A stretch of DNA of 64,000 nt from Tubulanus polymorphus. Lineage: Eukaryota > Animalia > Nemertea. Each line of letters begins with the position of its first letter. Position 1 is the first letter of the stretch. The stretch is taken from contig NC_134025.1 in NCBI RefSeq assembly GCF_964204645.1, positions 19,381,101-19,445,100 of the forward strand. The letters run 5' to 3'. A program made the position numbers and the translations under genes. Positions 51,622-64,000 of the stretch are shown piece by piece. The notes beneath the pieces were generated by a model. It did not search any database. It saw only the letters and a program-made list of their open reading frames with translations, and had not been told where the DNA came from.

Positions 51622-52075
51622 TTCCAGGACGAATAAGTTACCTTCCGGTATGGTTGATAACACGACCTACACCTCGTGCGATTTCAAGGTCACCGATGAC
51701 GTCATTGCCATCGCACAAATTGAATGAGAATAAATAGGCATTATGGCTAGTTTTAAGGGTAGGCCTATGAAGATGCGTTAGGGATAGGGTTAGGTTTAGG
51801 TGTAGGGATAGTGTAGGGTTAGAATTTTAGTCATAGGAGAAGGGTTAGGGTTAGGTTAGGGCCTGTAAATAGTTAAAAGGTTCAAGGATCCGTGTCTTGG
51901 CCACGTCGGTACAGCGGGTTAGCACTGAGGTCGCATGCTGCGGGTTCCGTGTTCGAATCCCAAATTTTCTCTTGTTTCTATGGAAGTCCAACAATTCTGC
52001 GCATGCATTAGTGACGTCAGTTCGGTTGTTGGAATAAACCCGACGCGAAGAAAAGGTAACTCATTCGTCCTGGAA
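51622..52075. mobile_element. TIR element containing telomere-like repeats and a tRNA-like segment
   Basis: 23-bp TIR ttccaggacgaataagttacctt / aaggtaactcattcgtcctggaa with 1 mismatch. Confidence 0.7.
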
Positions 52076-53111
52076 GTAACGCTAACTTTCAATTAGGCCT
52101 ATCCTGCATTGTTGGAATTATGCAGATAGCATAGCCAAATTCAAAATTGTTATGAGCCATGTTAAATGATTTGAAATGAAATCAATAAAGTGAGGTATAT
52201 GAATCTGTGTAAGAATTCATTTGAAACCAAATGCTGAAAGACTATCAAAGGAGTGCCGACAACGGTTTTGAAGAAAATGTTTATATTACCTTACTCATTA
52301 ATAGATACTCTGCGTCTCTGGAAATCATTTACGGATAAGATAACCCTGAAACTCGTCAAAAGGATAGAAAATGCATTGCCGTGGTTACAAAATATTCAAA
52401 GATTCCTTGAAAAATCAAAAGATTTTTTCTCAATTGAACACTCAAATCAATTTGCGAGCGTTTCCATCCACAGATTAACAGATAAAACAATGAACAAAAC
52501 TTGGTTTTATAACCCGCTGATCGGACATAGGCCTAAATGTTTATATCCTCAACAACCGTACTAGTAGATAAGAAATCGTAAATGAGCAAGCAGAGTGAGT
52601 TCGAAGGTCTAATTCGTTTATTTGCAGCCGTAGAAAAAATCTGTTTGTATGCAGCTCTAATGAAAAACCTTAACATTGTCCTTAAAATTAACACACCAAT
52701 TTCTGCGTTTTAAAGAAACCGCTAATTTAGTATGGTTGATTGAATGCAGGATCTTTTTATCAGCCTATTAGGCGGTTGCCGAATTGGAACCCATGATAAG
52801 CTGATTAATTAACTCAATTTAACAGATAACCGTGATTGACGGACTAATTTAGGAGGAGTCTACTGTAATTGGGATAAAAGTGATGTAGCCGACACTTCCT
52901 TGACATATGGAATTTTCTGCTTTAAAAAGCCTTGGCCTATATCCAGGTATGACCGATCTGTAGGGACTCGATTATCTAGAAAAATTGAAGGTCTGAGATG
53001 CAATCTGAAAGGCTTTAAGAAATACAAATTTAAGATCCTGAATTTCGATGTGGTGAGGTGCCCTTTTTCTGCACATTCTGCCCTTTGAAATTTTTTGGCG
53101 TAACCATCCAC

Positions 53112-54264
53112 TTTTTAGCCCACTTGGGACTTTAGTCCCAGGTGGCTATTGCGTTCCTTTGTCGTCCGTCCGTCCGTCCGTCCATAGACGGAATCCAGTT
53201 ATTTTACATGTATCTACCCTAGACACATCTTCAGCCCAATAAATGGCCCTGTCAGAATCAAGATGGCCGACTAGCAGCCATTGTTGTTCGCCAAAATCAG
53301 CTTCGATCAATTACCTTGATCTTTCTCATATATTTGAATCCCCCAAAGGCTCATCATCTTAAGAAAAATTGGGTCGATCGGACGCAAGATGGCCGTCCTA
53401 TGACCTTTTTAGTGCCCAAAAATGTCAATTTTGGCCTGAATTCTGAGTCCTGTGGCTTCCTACTTGTTTGCCATTTCTCATTGCAATTTGTGATGGGTAT
53501 TCTTTGGAAAGGGATGTTTTTATACCTGAGACATATATTTTTGATTAGCCAATTATGGCGCAATTGGCGGCCATCTTGGTGTCATCAGTACTCATTTAAG
53601 TTTTTCCACATTATATTGATACCTAAGCATAATTTGTTACCACAATCAATTAGAAAGTTGTAGCCCATAACGTGGTCTATAATTTTGGTGAGTTTCAAGG
53701 TCATTGGTTTATGTATTTGGCCACCAGGGGCGTTAAATAATACAATAACTCAGTATTTCTGTATTATATTCGTGCCTATGTATATTTTGTTACCACAATC
53801 AATTGCAAAGTTGTAGCTCATGACATCGTCTATGATTGTGGTGAGTTTTAAGGACATTAGGTATTCTATGTGGTCACCAGGGGGCGTTGAATAGTAGAAT
53901 AACTTAGTATTTCCTTATTAGATTGGTACCTAGGCATATTTTAGTACCATGATCAATTGCAAAGTTGTAGTTCATGACATATTCCATGATTGTGGTGAGT
54001 TTTTAGGTCATTAAGTTTTGCATATGGTCACCAGGGGGCGTTGAATAGTAGATTAACTTAGTATTTCCATATTAAATTGGTAATGAGGCATATTTCACAA
54101 TTTATTAAAAAATCATAGCTGCTGACATATTCTATGATTGTGGTGAGTTTCAAGGTCATTTGTTTTTATATGGTCACCAGGGGGCGTTGAATATTGAAAT
54201 TGTTAGATTGTTGAGCATTTGAAACCACTTCCCAAGTGGGCATGGTGTCCCTGGACCCCTAGTT
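53112..54264 (+). mobile_element. HINE/DINE-like Helentron derivative
   Basis: T-run, sub-TIR agcccacttggga plus inverted repeat, (GTCC)n, four ~154-bp repeats, 3' cccaagtgggc plus stem-loop and ctagtt; no TSD. Confidence 0.9.
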
Positions 54265-54370
54265 TGGTTTTTCTAGGTGCCCTTGTTTTTTTGGTTTACC
54301 TTTGTCAGCAGTATGAGGTTGGCATTGAGCCAATTTATGTAAAATTGCGGTACGTTTTTTTATCTGAGCA

Positions 54371-55629
54371 TTTTTAGCCCACTTGGGACTTTAGTCCCAG
54401 CGGGCTATTGCGTTCACTTTTCGTTCGTCCGTCCGTAGACGGAATCCAGTTATTTTGGGAAGTTTTGAAGACGCTTCAAGGTAATGTCTTGATATTTGGT
54501 TTATACATGTATCTACCCTAGACACATCTTCAGCCCAAAAACTGGCCCTATCAGAATCAAGATGGCCGACTGGCAGCCATTGTTGTTCGCCAAAATCAGC
54601 ACTTTTTACACATTTTCGAAGTTTACGAGGGAAATTTTGAAGACGATATGATCAATTACCTTGATCTTTCAAATATATTTGAATCTACCAAGGGCCCATC
54701 AGCATAAGAAAAATTGGGTCCATCTGACTCAAGATGGCCGTCCTATGACCTTTTTAGTGCCCAAAAATGTCAATTTTGGCCAGAATTCTAGGTCCTGTAG
54801 CTTCCTACTGGTTTGCCATTTCTCATTGCAATTTGTGATGGGTATTCTTTGTAAAGGGATGTTTTATACCTGAGACAGGTATTTTTGATCCGCCAATTAT
54901 GACGCAATTGGCGGCCATCTTGGTGTCATTAGTACTCATTCGTAGGTGGGAAAAAGTTTTTCGACATTATATTGTTACCTAAGCATATTTTGTTACAACA
55001 ATGAATTAGAAAGTTGAAGCGTATAACGTGTTCTATGATTGGGGTGAGTTTCAAGTTCATTGTTTTTTGTATATGGCCACCAGGGGGCGTTGAATAATAC
55101 AATATCTTAGTATTCCTATATTATATTTGTACCAATACATATTTTGTTACCGCAATCAATTGCAAAGTTGTAGCTCATGACATCATCTATGATTGTGGTG
55201 AGTTTTAAGGAAATTAGTTATTCTATATGGTCACCAGGGGGCGTTGAATAGTAGAATAACCTGGTATTTCCTTATTATATTGGTACCTAGGCATATTTTG
55301 TTACCATGATCAATTGCAAAGTTGTAGTTCATGACATGTTCTATGAATATGGTGAGTTACAAGGTTATTGGGTTTTGAATATGGTCACCAGGGGGCGTTG
55401 AATAGTAGATTAACTTAGTATTTCCATATTAAATTAGTAACGAGGCATTTTTTGTTATCACAATCAATTACAAAATCGTAGCTGCTGACATGTTTTATGA
55501 TTGTATCGAGTTTCAAGGTCATTGGTTTTTGTATATGGTCACCAGAGGGCGTTGAATATTGAAATTGTTTGATTGTTGAGCATTTGAAACCACTTCCCAA
55601 GTGGGCATGGTGTCCCTGGACCCCTAGTT
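54371..55629 (+). mobile_element. HINE/DINE-like Helentron derivative, second tandem copy
   Basis: Same architecture, 106 bp downstream of the first copy. Confidence 0.9.
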
Positions 55630-56960
55630 TTCATTGGTTCTTGGATTAAACGATGTATAATCGATGCGATAGAAGACATAACGAACCTCCGTCGATGACA
55701 TGGTCAACTCTGTTTAAATTCGACGAATAACTTTTTTTGGCGGGACAATTCTTAGCTCTTGCGTATAAAATTGCAATGACCTCGATTGGGGGGCGTCGTC
55801 TCTACGAGCGAATGTGATTGGCTGTTTTTGGGATATACGGGGAATTCCGGCGCTACTAAAATAATTATGGGGAAGCCATTTATCGCGAACGTTTCATTGG
55901 ACTAGGTGCGAATTTTAAATGCTCATTGCTGGCGAGAATATAACTATTTCACATATCGCCATAGGTATTGTTTCGTTTTAATACCCGGTGATTGTGTTGA
56001 TTGAGATTGAAGTGAAGCGAAGGTTCACTACACAAGGCCTCCACGTGCGTGGGACGGGAGTGCTAAACATACACACAAACAAACACTCATACAGACTACG
56101 AGATGCTGTAACGCTGCTTGGCGCGTGCACGTTTGGTATGATCACAGGCTGAATAATCATCGTAGCAGAAGATGAGCGCTGTGTTTTCTGTTTGATAGAA
56201 TTTGTAATAAATTGTAATTTCTTGTGACCTGAAAATATTAAGCAGCAAACTATAGGTATAGGTCGAGGTCTGAATATTGTAGTGGTAAATTCCAGGATTT
56301 AAAACGATCTAATACTACGCACTACGAAATTTTGGACGTAGCTCATAAACAAATGTTTATCTTTGGTCTTATTTGACTACAAAATAATTCTTTAAGAAAG
56401 ATAAAATACAATATAAACTTCTAGAACTTTGAAGTCACGAATTAAAAAGATTTTTTCAAGCAATGCCCTTACTCCAAACAACCTCTAGCTTTCAAGGTAA
56501 ACCACACTTTGCCCATGGGCAATTTATATTCTGAATGCCCACTCACTTCCATCATTCTTGAAAACAGTGTAAATCCGGGTCACAAAGAAAGATCGGTAGA
56601 TCACAGTGGCCATAAAAGCGCTGCAAACCGTATAAGCATTCATTATATGTGTTTTCCGATCTCCATTCAAGAAGACAGTACAAATTTAATCAATAATTGT
56701 ATCTATTTGAATTGTAAACATTGTATTGATTATACGCACAACACAGAAAAAGCGATCGCGGACGCAGAACCGGCCCGTGTATCTGCCCTCTGGCCGAGGC
56801 CGGGTTTTAGACTTGTGGCTGCGTCCGGGACTGTGACCGTTTTTCAGATGCTACCGGCGCAATTCAATTCAGTAGTTGATTTTTTGGCTCAACTTCGCGG
56901 AAATTGTGTCAATTAATGGTAAATTTTCAGAAAATTTTCTAAACACGAGGGGAACACCCC

Positions 56961-58175
56961 CTCGAGTATGGAACGCGATTCATGCAATAAACATGATTAT
57001 TGTTACGACGTAGGATAATTGCTGCATTGTAGTTAATTCGCGTCAGTGTATCTTTTCTTCGACGTAAGATACCTGATGCACCAAAGTATATTCGGTGTAT
57101 ATTTTCTCTGCCGTAGGATAATCGCTGTACCGTACTAGTATATTTGCGACGTGTCTAGCTTATTTACGTGAAGGTTCCATAGTTCACCGTTAGGCGGCGC
57201 CACGGTATTATATATCAAAAAATACTTTCATTTAACGCTCGTTCTCGCAATAAGCTTGTGCAAGTTTAGAACCTCCAACCTTCATACCACTCAAACTAGA
57301 AACTGTATTTTCAACCTCCCTGTTCATTTAAACAATTAGTTCATTGTGTTATTGAATATGTAAATTTTCTACCGTTTATTGAAATCTGTGCTTTGTGCTG
57401 GGTCCCTCTAATACCTGTAATGGGTTTAAGTTTTATTTTAGAATAGATAGAAAATAAAATAAAGTTAGAATTTAATTGAATCAAATCGCTCTTTTTGGCA
57501 CAACATAGTACAACTCAAGGTTTTGGATATTTCAGATCTCTCAGCTTCTTCTTTTCGGGGCTAGGTATTGTTCCAATAACCAAGCATCGATCGATTCTAA
57601 CTTAATCTATTTTATTTACTTTATTTATTTTATTTACACTCAAACCCATTACAGGTATAAGAGGGCCAACACAAAATTTAGAGATGAATAACACAGTATA
57701 AAAAATTACAAATTCAATAACACAATATACTTGTTTAAATGAACAAACAGAAAATAACATAGTAACTAATTAGAACTATCCATGCATAGAGATATACATT
57801 TAAATATAACACTATAGAAAAATAAAAATGAGAGCAGTCATTCAGTAGACAAATTCAATTTTTTAATAAGTTTCTTGCAAAAAACTGCAAGATCTTTTGG
57901 TGATTGAGCAAAGAGATCAATCAGGATATTTTCAAAATTGCAATCATTCTGGACTTAGGCAAAAAATTGTCTTTCAAATAATAATGCCGTGGCACCACCT
58001 TATGGTGAACTATGGAACCTTCACGTAAATAAGCTACGTCGTTACAAACTTCCCATGTCGCAGCAAAATAGACGCGATGAAAAATAGACACGTCGCAAAT
58101 GTACTACGGTGCCGCAATTAGATTACGTCGTAACAATGGTCACGTTTATTGCATGAAACACGTTCCATACTCGAG
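56961..58175. mobile_element. Foldback-type element with ~200-250-bp imperfect TIRs and an internal LINE 3' fragment
   Basis: ctcgagtatggaacg.. / ..cgttccatactcgag; inner arm agcttatttacgtgaaggttccatagttcacc (~57158) inverted at ~58004-58035. Confidence 0.75.
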
Positions 58176-58227
58176 CTCCCCCCGCTCGCGACCTCCGGTC
58201 GCTCGGGCAATGACGCTGCGCGATGAC

Positions 58228-58973
58228 CAGGGGCGGATCCAGGGGGATGGGTAGACAGTATTGGAAGGAAATTTAAGGGCACCTTTCTGATCTTAGGGCA
58301 CACCCAGTATCCAGGTCAATGCGAGCGCCAAAGGCGCAAAGTCTTTAGAGGGGGGTCTGGGGGCCCACCCCCAGAAAATTTTGTAAATATGGTACCATTT
58401 AAAGGCTTTTAGAGGGCGTCTAGAGGCTAGCAGAGCAATCCAGAATAAACGAATTCGAGACAAGATTTCAACACATGCGGATTAAAAATGAAGCTGGCGA
58501 ACCCATGAAAGAATGGTTGTCGTCAACTTCGCCTAGTGCCCCTATAATCTTTAAAAGTGCCCCTTAACAATTATACAGAATACGGCTAAGTGCCCCTTCA
58601 TTGTTAACAATCGGCAAAAATTGCCTCGTCTTCACATTTATCCTTATGTCGTGTGCCATCTTCCAAACCAAAAGTGCCCCTAAAATTTTAAAAATTTGGC
58701 AAAAAAGTGCCCTTTTCTTCAACATTTTCCGCGTATAGTGCCCTCTTCTAAAGTACGAGTGCCCCTTTAGCCCAAGCTCAATTTATGTAGCCTAATAGGA
58801 TCCCATAATTTCGGATATGTGGAAAATGAAATATGACATCATGAAAAATGCTCAGATTGCATCTGGCAGATAAACATTTCAAAATTTCTGAGGGAGGTTC
58901 CTTGCGCCCCTCTTTGTGGTGCTGTGATACTGTACTGAGTAGTTCTCAGGAACAGCGGCTGGATATGCCCCTG
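58228..58973. mobile_element. hAT5-like MITE (TSD not preserved)
   Basis: caggggcggatccag / ctggatatgcccctg ends with internal aaagtgccc repeats. Confidence 0.65.
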
Positions 58974-59207
58974 ACATGCCCATATTAAGTAACCCACACC
59001 TAGATCAGACATGGCAAACTCGGACTAACTCAGACAAAAAAGATCATTTTCTGACTTCCCAATGTATTTTTTCTGATTTTGAAATCAGACTTCACAAGAA
59101 TAACTGAAATAAATTCATGCTTGGGCACTTTTTCAGGTAAAAAGAGGGGAAAAAATGACTGCTACCTGCATGTATTCTTTTCATACTATGATATTTTGTT
59201 ATTTTAG

Positions 59208-61826
59208 GAACGCAGTCGACGGTCCCCTGATCGACGTGGTAGTAATCGACGCCCAATTGAAGAACGACTTGGACCATCGCCGAATAGACATGATAGGGAT
59301 TCACGTCGTGGAGACTATTACAGAGACAGGGATAGAAGCAGTGATACCAATAGAATTAATAGAGACAGGGATAATCGTGACTACAACAGAGACTATCATC
59401 AGCAGTCACCGCAGAAAATCACCAGTCGTTGGGACGATGATCTATCAACTGTACCCTCTGAAATCGATACATCAGTGATTGAAGGAATAGCCCCTGAGAA
59501 CACCGCACTTGCTCAACTTCTTGGTCCTGTTTTATCGACATTAGCTTCAGCTAAACGTCCAGCACTGCCAGTTGATTCCCCTCAGGCTCAAAGTTCAGCA
59601 AATCCTGGAAAGCCATTGAAATCAATATTGAAATCGAAAAGATTAGATGGTGATGAATCATCAAATGGCAGTACGAGTCCTTCTTTTCAGTCAAGTTTTC
59701 AACCTGTTGCGGTCACAGCTGCAGCTGCAGCAAACTTTAATCCCGAGGCCGTTCTCACTAATATCAACGCAAGTCATACTCCATTTTCAATGAGCCAAAC
59801 AAACATGCTACAGCCTCAACCAACTAGAACTAGTTTATTTCCAATAGTACGTGATTCACCGCCATCCCAAAATAAATTACCTGTACTAGATGACCAACAA
59901 AAATCTCGAACTCTCCCCGGATTGAGTGTATATTCAGATGATATTGATGATGAAGAAATGTTCTTGTATGGTGGACCTGGACTGGCTAAATCGAAGCAAC
60001 CTGTACCTGTATCAACTTACAATAGTAGTAACGTTCCATTTGAAAGTGGTTCTTCGAGATTTTTCGAAGACTCAGACAGTAATTCTGGTTCCATGAATCG
60101 AACTGCATTTCCACCTGGTACCAATCCGTCTTCATCTTTTCCTCCAACAACAATGTATCAGATGCAACAGCCACCAGTTCCCAAACAGGAAGTTCCCAAA
60201 CAAGAAGAGAAGCCACATGATCCAACCATTGAAAATATTTTGAAATCCATAGGCTTCAATTTTGACCTATCGAAAAAGATTCAAGATATGAAAAACAAGG
60301 AAAGGATTAAAAAAGAAAAAAAAGAAACGCCTCCCACTTATGGGATTAATCAAATGGCATCATTTTTAACTGGAGGCCTGTCAAAAACTGAAATTGATTC
60401 TGCATTTCCTAAAAAAGAGGAAGATGAGAGTGAGGCTTTGAAAAATGAGCAGTTAGCAATGGTTAATAACCTGATCCGCGATGCAAAATTGAATGTAATG
60501 GCTTCGAAACGTGAATATAAAACTTCATATAGTAGGTCAAGAAGTTCAAGCGAAGAGGACAGCAGCCCAAGTCCTCAGAGAAGGGAACAATATACAAGTT
60601 CCCATCAAAGGTTTGAGAGATCGAGCTCTGAACAAGACAGAAGCCAAAGTAGAAGCCCAGTACGTAAAAGAGATCACTCATCAAGCGAAAGAAAAATTCG
60701 CAGGCACAGTGGCACTTATGGCGATAGTAGACGTGAAAGTCGAAGTTCTAGTCGAGACAGACATAGTGAAAGCAGACAAAGAGAAAGCAGACATAGTGAA
60801 AGTAGACACAGCGAAAACAGACATAGCGAAAGCGGTCATAGTGAAAGGCATAGCAAGAGTAGATATAGCACAAATAGACATAGCGAAAACAGACCTACTG
60901 ATCATCATCGTAGTGGTAGTAGGAGGCATAGCCGGAGTCGTAGTAAATCTGTTGAAAAGCCGCAATTTCCAGATGTTGGTCAACAACCATTCCCTGGCTA
61001 TGGGTTTCCTCCATATGAGGGGGTTCCTGGACCCGGCTTTAATCCATTTTTGCCACCTCCTGGATTTATTCCACCTCCTGGTTATCAAGGACCTCCTCCT
61101 CCTCCTCCATTTCCTTTTCTGGGTGGGCCATTCCCATTTAGCTATGGACCACCAACTACTGAGTATAAGCCATCTGAGTATAAGCCATATTACGGTGCTC
61201 CACCAACTGCAGTTACTTCATATCCTCCAACCTCTAAAGAAAGTTCAGAGGTTCCTGATATGACATTATCATCTGCAAATTTAAGGGTCCTCACTGAAAA
61301 TAGTAGCAAAAAGACAGATACAGAGATGAGACAGGAGAGGGAAGAAAAATTGAAAGCTTTGAGTCAAAAAGCGAAAGAAGAAATTGCTGCAGAAATGTTG
61401 AGAAAATTACCAATATCAAACAGATCCTCATCAAACCGGCGAGTTATTCCACCAAAACAGGAACCTCGTCAGTCATCGCCTTCGCCACCTCCGTCAGAAA
61501 TCCGTACTGTGAAAGCCGTACCTATTCCTTTACTGAGTAATGAAGATAGGAAAAAACTAGAACGTGAACGAGAAGAACGTGAGAAAAGGCTCAAAGCATT
61601 AGAGAAACAATTGGACAAACTACGTAAACAACAGAATGAAATGATGAGAAAGAAAGCGAGACAACGCGGCGGCGACAAAGATCCACTGTTCGCTGAAAAC
61701 AGTAAACTGCAGGAAGATATAGCCGCTCAGATATCAGCACTTCGTAAAGCTGCTGAGGACAATGCAAGAGGATTCTTAAACAAGTCTGCTGATGGAAACT
61801 GGATGCCATCTGGTACAGGATCACAG
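59208..61826 (+). CDS. ZNF318: ZNF318-like protein, large exon 2 (873 codons); gene continues beyond the window
   Basis: tttag|GAA..CAG|gtaagt, open throughout; DDEEMFLYG, IENILKSIGF, a Pro-rich region and the coiled coil LDKLRKQQNEMMRKKARQRGGDKDPLFAENSKLQEDI match conserved ZNF318 blocks. Confidence 0.85.
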
Positions 61827-62739
61827 GTAAGTGTAGTGAAACTCTGCCCTAATGACCTTAGAATTAACAAACTATTCGCTTGTTATGTACAAAATAAAAG
61901 TCCCTGGCCAAATTGCAAAATGTTTTTATCCAGCAAAATCGAAGTAGGATTTCATTTACTTTCTAGTTCAGTATCATTCTAAAATTATGTTACATGCGAA
62001 TGCTCATGTCTAAACATGTATTTCAAATTCTTAACATCACTGGAATATATTTAAATTTAAAAGTATTATATGTAATTTTCAACACCACAGCCATTGTTGT
62101 TCGCCAAAATCAGCTCTTGTTACTCACTTTTTTGACGCCTTATAAAACGTTACCATTATGAAACCTAAACAATGTTAACCATTCAGCGTATTTTTACAAA
62201 CAACAACCGTAAATCGATGTGCAAAACGTCACAGGTTTATGTCTACACATACAAGCTATTTGGCAAAATATTATTGATAAAGATGTAGAATGGCTCCCTG
62301 TGATTATATAATGACCTCTATTTGAACGTCGAAATGTTATATTGCATTGAATATCATGATAAGACGTATTGTAATAGTAAATGATGTATGATTATATCAG
62401 CAGCGGCAGGCATAAATAGAAATGATAAGTAAATCGGATTATTTGGTTAAATGGCGGATGTATACACGATTTGGAAGTCTGATATAAAAGTCAGACCCTG
62501 ACATGGGGATGCTAGTGGAATGACGAAGCTATCTACGATCTGAGTAGGGCCGGCGTGAATTTCATCGGCGGCTACAAGCGGTCTATATAAAAACGTGTAA
62601 ACAAATAATTTCAATATTCAAATGTTTTAGAAAATATGTTCGATATTAGGGGTATGCAGGTTTCACGAGATTCGCAATCTATAATAGCATAGCTGTCATA
62701 TACGGCTCCGCGTCCACTGATGGCATGTGTATAAGGTGA

Positions 62740-63080
62740 CAATTTAATTCAATACTTTATTGATCCTTATTACATTGAAATTCCGGGATGAAATTCCCAA
62801 ATTCAATAAAGTTACAAATTTTAGAATAAGAAAATACAAAATACAAGACACATGGGTAATTGATACAGAATAACAATAATAAGTTTTTTAAATGACGATG
62901 TCTACTTCAACCCAGACCCAAGTCTAGGATATCGAGTGACAGCCAAACCGGGCCCCGGGACCGGGCCGGCTGACTACACGATATGCTCGAAGCGGACTTC
63001 AGAAGAGCTCTTTCTTCAACCATGGAGGCAATGAAGTTCCAGACCAGCTTAGAGCAAAAGTGAATCGAAGTCGGTCACAA
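62740..63080 (-). mobile_element. Degraded LINE 3' fragment
   Basis: Minus strand shows a frameshifted VWN.SLP-like C-terminal motif and an aataaag-type tail. Confidence 0.3.
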
Positions 63081-64000
63081 GTTGACAATTTTTTTTTAAA
63101 TTAGACCAGTCGAAGACTGTATCATCTACCCAATCGCCAAATCTCATAGTTCCCCAAATTTCTTAAAACTTCGATTTCAAATTTGCAATTCCACATTAGC
63201 TTATCCCAGAAATTCTACATTTTTTCGCAGGCGTCAAATAATTTATTAAAGTTAATTTTCTTGTTAAGTTTTTGAGGGAAATTCAGAAGATGCTTTGATC
63301 AATATCCATTTCATATGTATGTCATTATAAGAAAAATTAAGTTGATAGAACATAGATGGCTGTCCCATCACGACCTTTTTGTGCCCAAATAGGTCATATT
63401 TGGTAGAGACCTGTAGCTTACTTTTGAGTAGTTGGTACCATTATTTATGATACGTGACCATCGAGTGGCCGCCCATGCCTGAGATATTCAGTCAAATTCT
63501 TGGGTGACCACCATAATTTTTCTTCAACCATCAAGTGGCATTCATATTTTAGTATAGCCGTTTGATGGACGATTGAATCTAGTTTAAAAAAAATAGAACT
63601 TTTATTTTATTATATTCAGTAGTTTTTAAAATATTAGAAAGATAAGGACGATTTTTGCCGTCTCTAGGCGCTGCCATTTTGCAACCGATCTTCAGTTCGT
63701 TGTAGCTCAAATCATGATTTATCAATATTTTATTGTTTTGTACGAAAGTTGTTCTGCAATGGAACCTTCCATAGATGTATTTGAATAAGTTTCAACTGGT
63801 ATTGATAGAACGAATCTGTTGCTGAAAAACAACCCATCTGATTGGTTGAATATATGGACTGGTTGCCCTTTAGTGGCAACCTGTCCCCCAGAAAATCGTG
63901 TAATAGATCAATGAAGGGTATGCGGCCAAGGTTTTTGTTGGCGTGAACTTCGGCAGGATGCAATCAAACCATGCCGAGCAAAAGTGACCATAGTTTGAAT

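Noticed and set aside
51778-51861. Interstitial telomere or chromosome fusion site
   Set aside because: Short, degenerate, single-orientation and enclosed by TIRs, so it is better explained as TE-internal sequence.
51899-51962. Possible tRNA gene
   Set aside because: Has A/B-box-like motifs but no properly pairing acceptor stem or CCA-proximal end; treated as a tRNA-derived fragment inside a TE.
53316-54873. Recurrent similar short ORFs (MIF..YLN..DRTQDGRPMT) at 44924, 53316 and 54661
   Set aside because: Similarity comes from the non-coding HINE body; starts are non-ATG and lengths are inconsistent.
60511-61263. 250-aa alternative-frame ORF and 135-aa antisense ORF inside the ZNF318-like exon
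   Set aside because: Shadow frames of a low-complexity repetitive coding region; no recognisable domain.

Overview
This is AT-rich, intron-containing DNA from an invertebrate animal, probably a bilaterian; the taxon is inferred. Five spliced host genes were reconstructed by hand: the 3' exons of methionine synthase (MTR, +), neuroendocrine protein 7B2/SCG5 (+, complete), Wnt9 (-, complete, 361 aa), MAIP1/C2orf47 (-, complete) and the 5' part of a ZNF318-like gene (+), which lies head-to-head with MAIP1. Introns and intergenic DNA are full of nested non-autonomous elements: Helentron/HINE-type elements with ~154-bp internal repeats that each carry a CTCF-like motif, CAG..CTG elements with 5-bp TSDs (hAT5-like), Tc1/mariner-like and Harbinger-like MITEs, and LINE fragments. 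The most unusual object is a ~2.8-kb very AT-rich, intronless island in the 12.4-kb MTR intron (about 11370-14210). It holds a frameshifted ~700-codon gene with three ordered motifs (DVDVTQD, RIKIYNK, IRIE) resembling the catalytic motifs of Rep_trans (pT181 RepC-type) rolling-circle initiators. Two small single-TM ORFs and a 33-bp palindrome follow. It is a candidate fossil of a poorly described eukaryotic rolling-circle virus or mobile element. All calls come from manual reading; no database searches were run.
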